A stretch of 64,000 bases of DNA from Vicugna vicugna. Lineage: Eukaryota. Shown here in pieces: positions 62,279-64,000 of this stretch. The stretch covers positions 6,820,302-6,884,301 of the forward strand of contig MU058065.1 of NCBI GenBank assembly GCA_013265495.1. Direction: 5' to 3'. Each line of letters opens with the position of its first letter. Position 1 is the first letter of the stretch. The notes under the pieces were generated by a model. The model worked only from the letters and a program-made list of their open reading frames with translations. It searched no databases and had not been told where the DNA came from. The position numbers were made by a program, and so were the translations under genes.

Positions 62279-64000
62279 ACCCATGCTTGGTGTGCTTTCA
62301 GGGCAGTCTGGGGCAGAGGTAAGGTCCAGCCCACAGGTCCTTCATGGGCTCCTTGGGGGACATATTCTGCCGGGGCCCTGGGGCCTCCGTACCACCCCGC
62401 TGCAGCCAGAAGCTTGGTTGGAGGGCCATGGGCCCCAGCGACACCTGGGAGGGACTTTCTGGTGCTGGTGGGTGACGCATGGGCTCAAAGAGGCAAGCTG
62501 AGTGCCAGAATCAACCCAGGATTCCCAGCTGGTAAGTGTCGATGGTCTTGACTTGAACTCAAGTCCGGGCTCTCAGACTGGAGGCACAGTTGCTCCAGCC
62601 GTAGCTGGCTTTTCTGCCCGCAGGTTGCTTTAAGACGAGTTCTCATTCCCGGCTTTGCACTTCTCTTGCTTTGGACTCTGAGCAATGACTCAGGCTCTCT
62701 GAACACTGGCTTTCCCACCTGTACGAGGGGGTGTTCCACCTCTTGGGGCTACTGCTAGGCACATGGCTGCTGGGTCAGTGATTGACAGGACTCCCGGGGG
62801 GTGTCCACAAGCTCACAAAGCTGGTAGCCTCCATCCTTTTCAGCCCCAGCCCTGGACCCTCTGTCTCCTCCTGGCTTTTTGGATCCCTCCCTGTGTCTCG
62901 GTCTTCACGTCCTCTCTGGTCTCCAGATGGCTCCAGTCATGGACTCGGGGGCCCTATGGGGTCTGCAGAGCTCCCTGGAGAGGACAGCCTGGCCTCTGCC
63001 ACTGTGTGCAGAGTGGGTGAAGGGGCAGCTATGGGCTGGGTGCCCAGTGAGGCCTCCATCTGGTCTCTGGTGCTTTAAAATTCCCAAGAGCTTTTGTGTT
63101 GTTGCTCTCTGAATATTCTTTTAATTTTATTGCTGCTGTTCTTGTTTCATGGATGCATTTTCTTCTCTGATCTCTCTGAGGAGATTACTAACTTTTTCTC
63201 GAAGTTTTCCTCCCATGGAATTCTACCTCCTTTCCCCAAGTTGCTGCTGGTCTCTGCTGCTTCTCTGCTAAGCTTTCCTCGGATGCCTGGGAGGCTGGGC
63301 TACCCATTTATATTTCCAGTGGGACATTAACGGGTGGATTGTTTGCACTGGGGTTGGGCATGGACCCACCCAAGGCTTTGCTGGCTCTCGAGTGTCTGGC
63401 TGGACTCCTGCACTGGGGAAACTGCTGTCAGTGTCTCTGAGTCTCTCCTGGGCTTGCCAGATTTCCAGAGAGGTTCCCACTTTTCTGCCTTGGGGTAGGT
63501 ACAGGCCTGGGTGCTTCATATTCAGTTAACACTCACTTGACCCCCTCTTTCCTATCAGTACTCGTGCCCGCAACTGTGCCTGGTGGTCCCGGGGCCAGAG
63601 TCCACTGTCTTTCCAGGGAATAAGTCTCCTGTCTTCTGCTGGGGGTCAAGGAGAGGATCTGGAAATCTAAGCGCTTCTTCAGTGTCCTACCAGTCTTCCC
63701 GGTTCAGGTTCACATTGACCCCTGCCCTCAAATGTGTTCCAGTGCCACTGATCCTAAACCTTTAGGGGGTTCTGTGCTGAAGAATCTGGCGACTTCCTGG
63801 CTTTTCCCGCAGCCAGCTCAGGGTTCAGCTTTCTCAGGCTCACAGTTCCCACGCATCCATCTGCTTTCCAGCTCCCAGAATTTTGACACCGTTGTCACGG
63901 GTGATAATCAAAATATTTAACAAGAGATCCTGGGGACTGTGCTGGGAGGCTGGAGCAGGTCCTGAGGCCCCTCCTGGGCCAAGAATTTGCCTTTTCAGGT

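Noticed and set aside
1..64000. CRISPR array, operon or other prokaryote-type system
   Set aside because: Mammalian intron-exon DNA with interspersed repeats; no regularly spaced repeat-spacer array seen.

Overview
Mammalian genomic DNA, most likely camelid (three Vic-1-type tRNA-derived SINEs plus artiodactyl-type L1/Tigger1 copies), from the CXCR2-RUFY4-TNS1 locus. Minus strand: intact single-coding-exon CXCR2 (19978-21039, 353 aa) with two upstream non-coding exons (about 25.5 kb and 28.1 kb), and a complete 11-coding-exon RUFY4 (48763 to 32606; 1710 nt, 569 aa, all GT-AG introns in consistent phase). Plus strand: a CpG-island first coding exon (51278-51433) matching my recollection of a long TNS1 isoform, head-to-head with RUFY4 about 2.5 kb away. 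The rest is intronic or intergenic, with L1, L2, MIR, MLT, DNA transposons and microsatellites; most ORF-track entries are spurious. I found no novel multi-gene system. The best leads are a Galpha-i2-identical MGCTVS acylation motif on the TNS1 exon, a tailless tRNA-Met 5'-half retrocopy with target-site duplication, a palindromic CTCF-like site between the divergent genes, a further-degenerate RUFY4 FYVE motif, and splicing-regulatory architecture around RUFY4 exon 10. Gene and repeat names come from recalled sequences, not searches; repeat boundaries are approximate.
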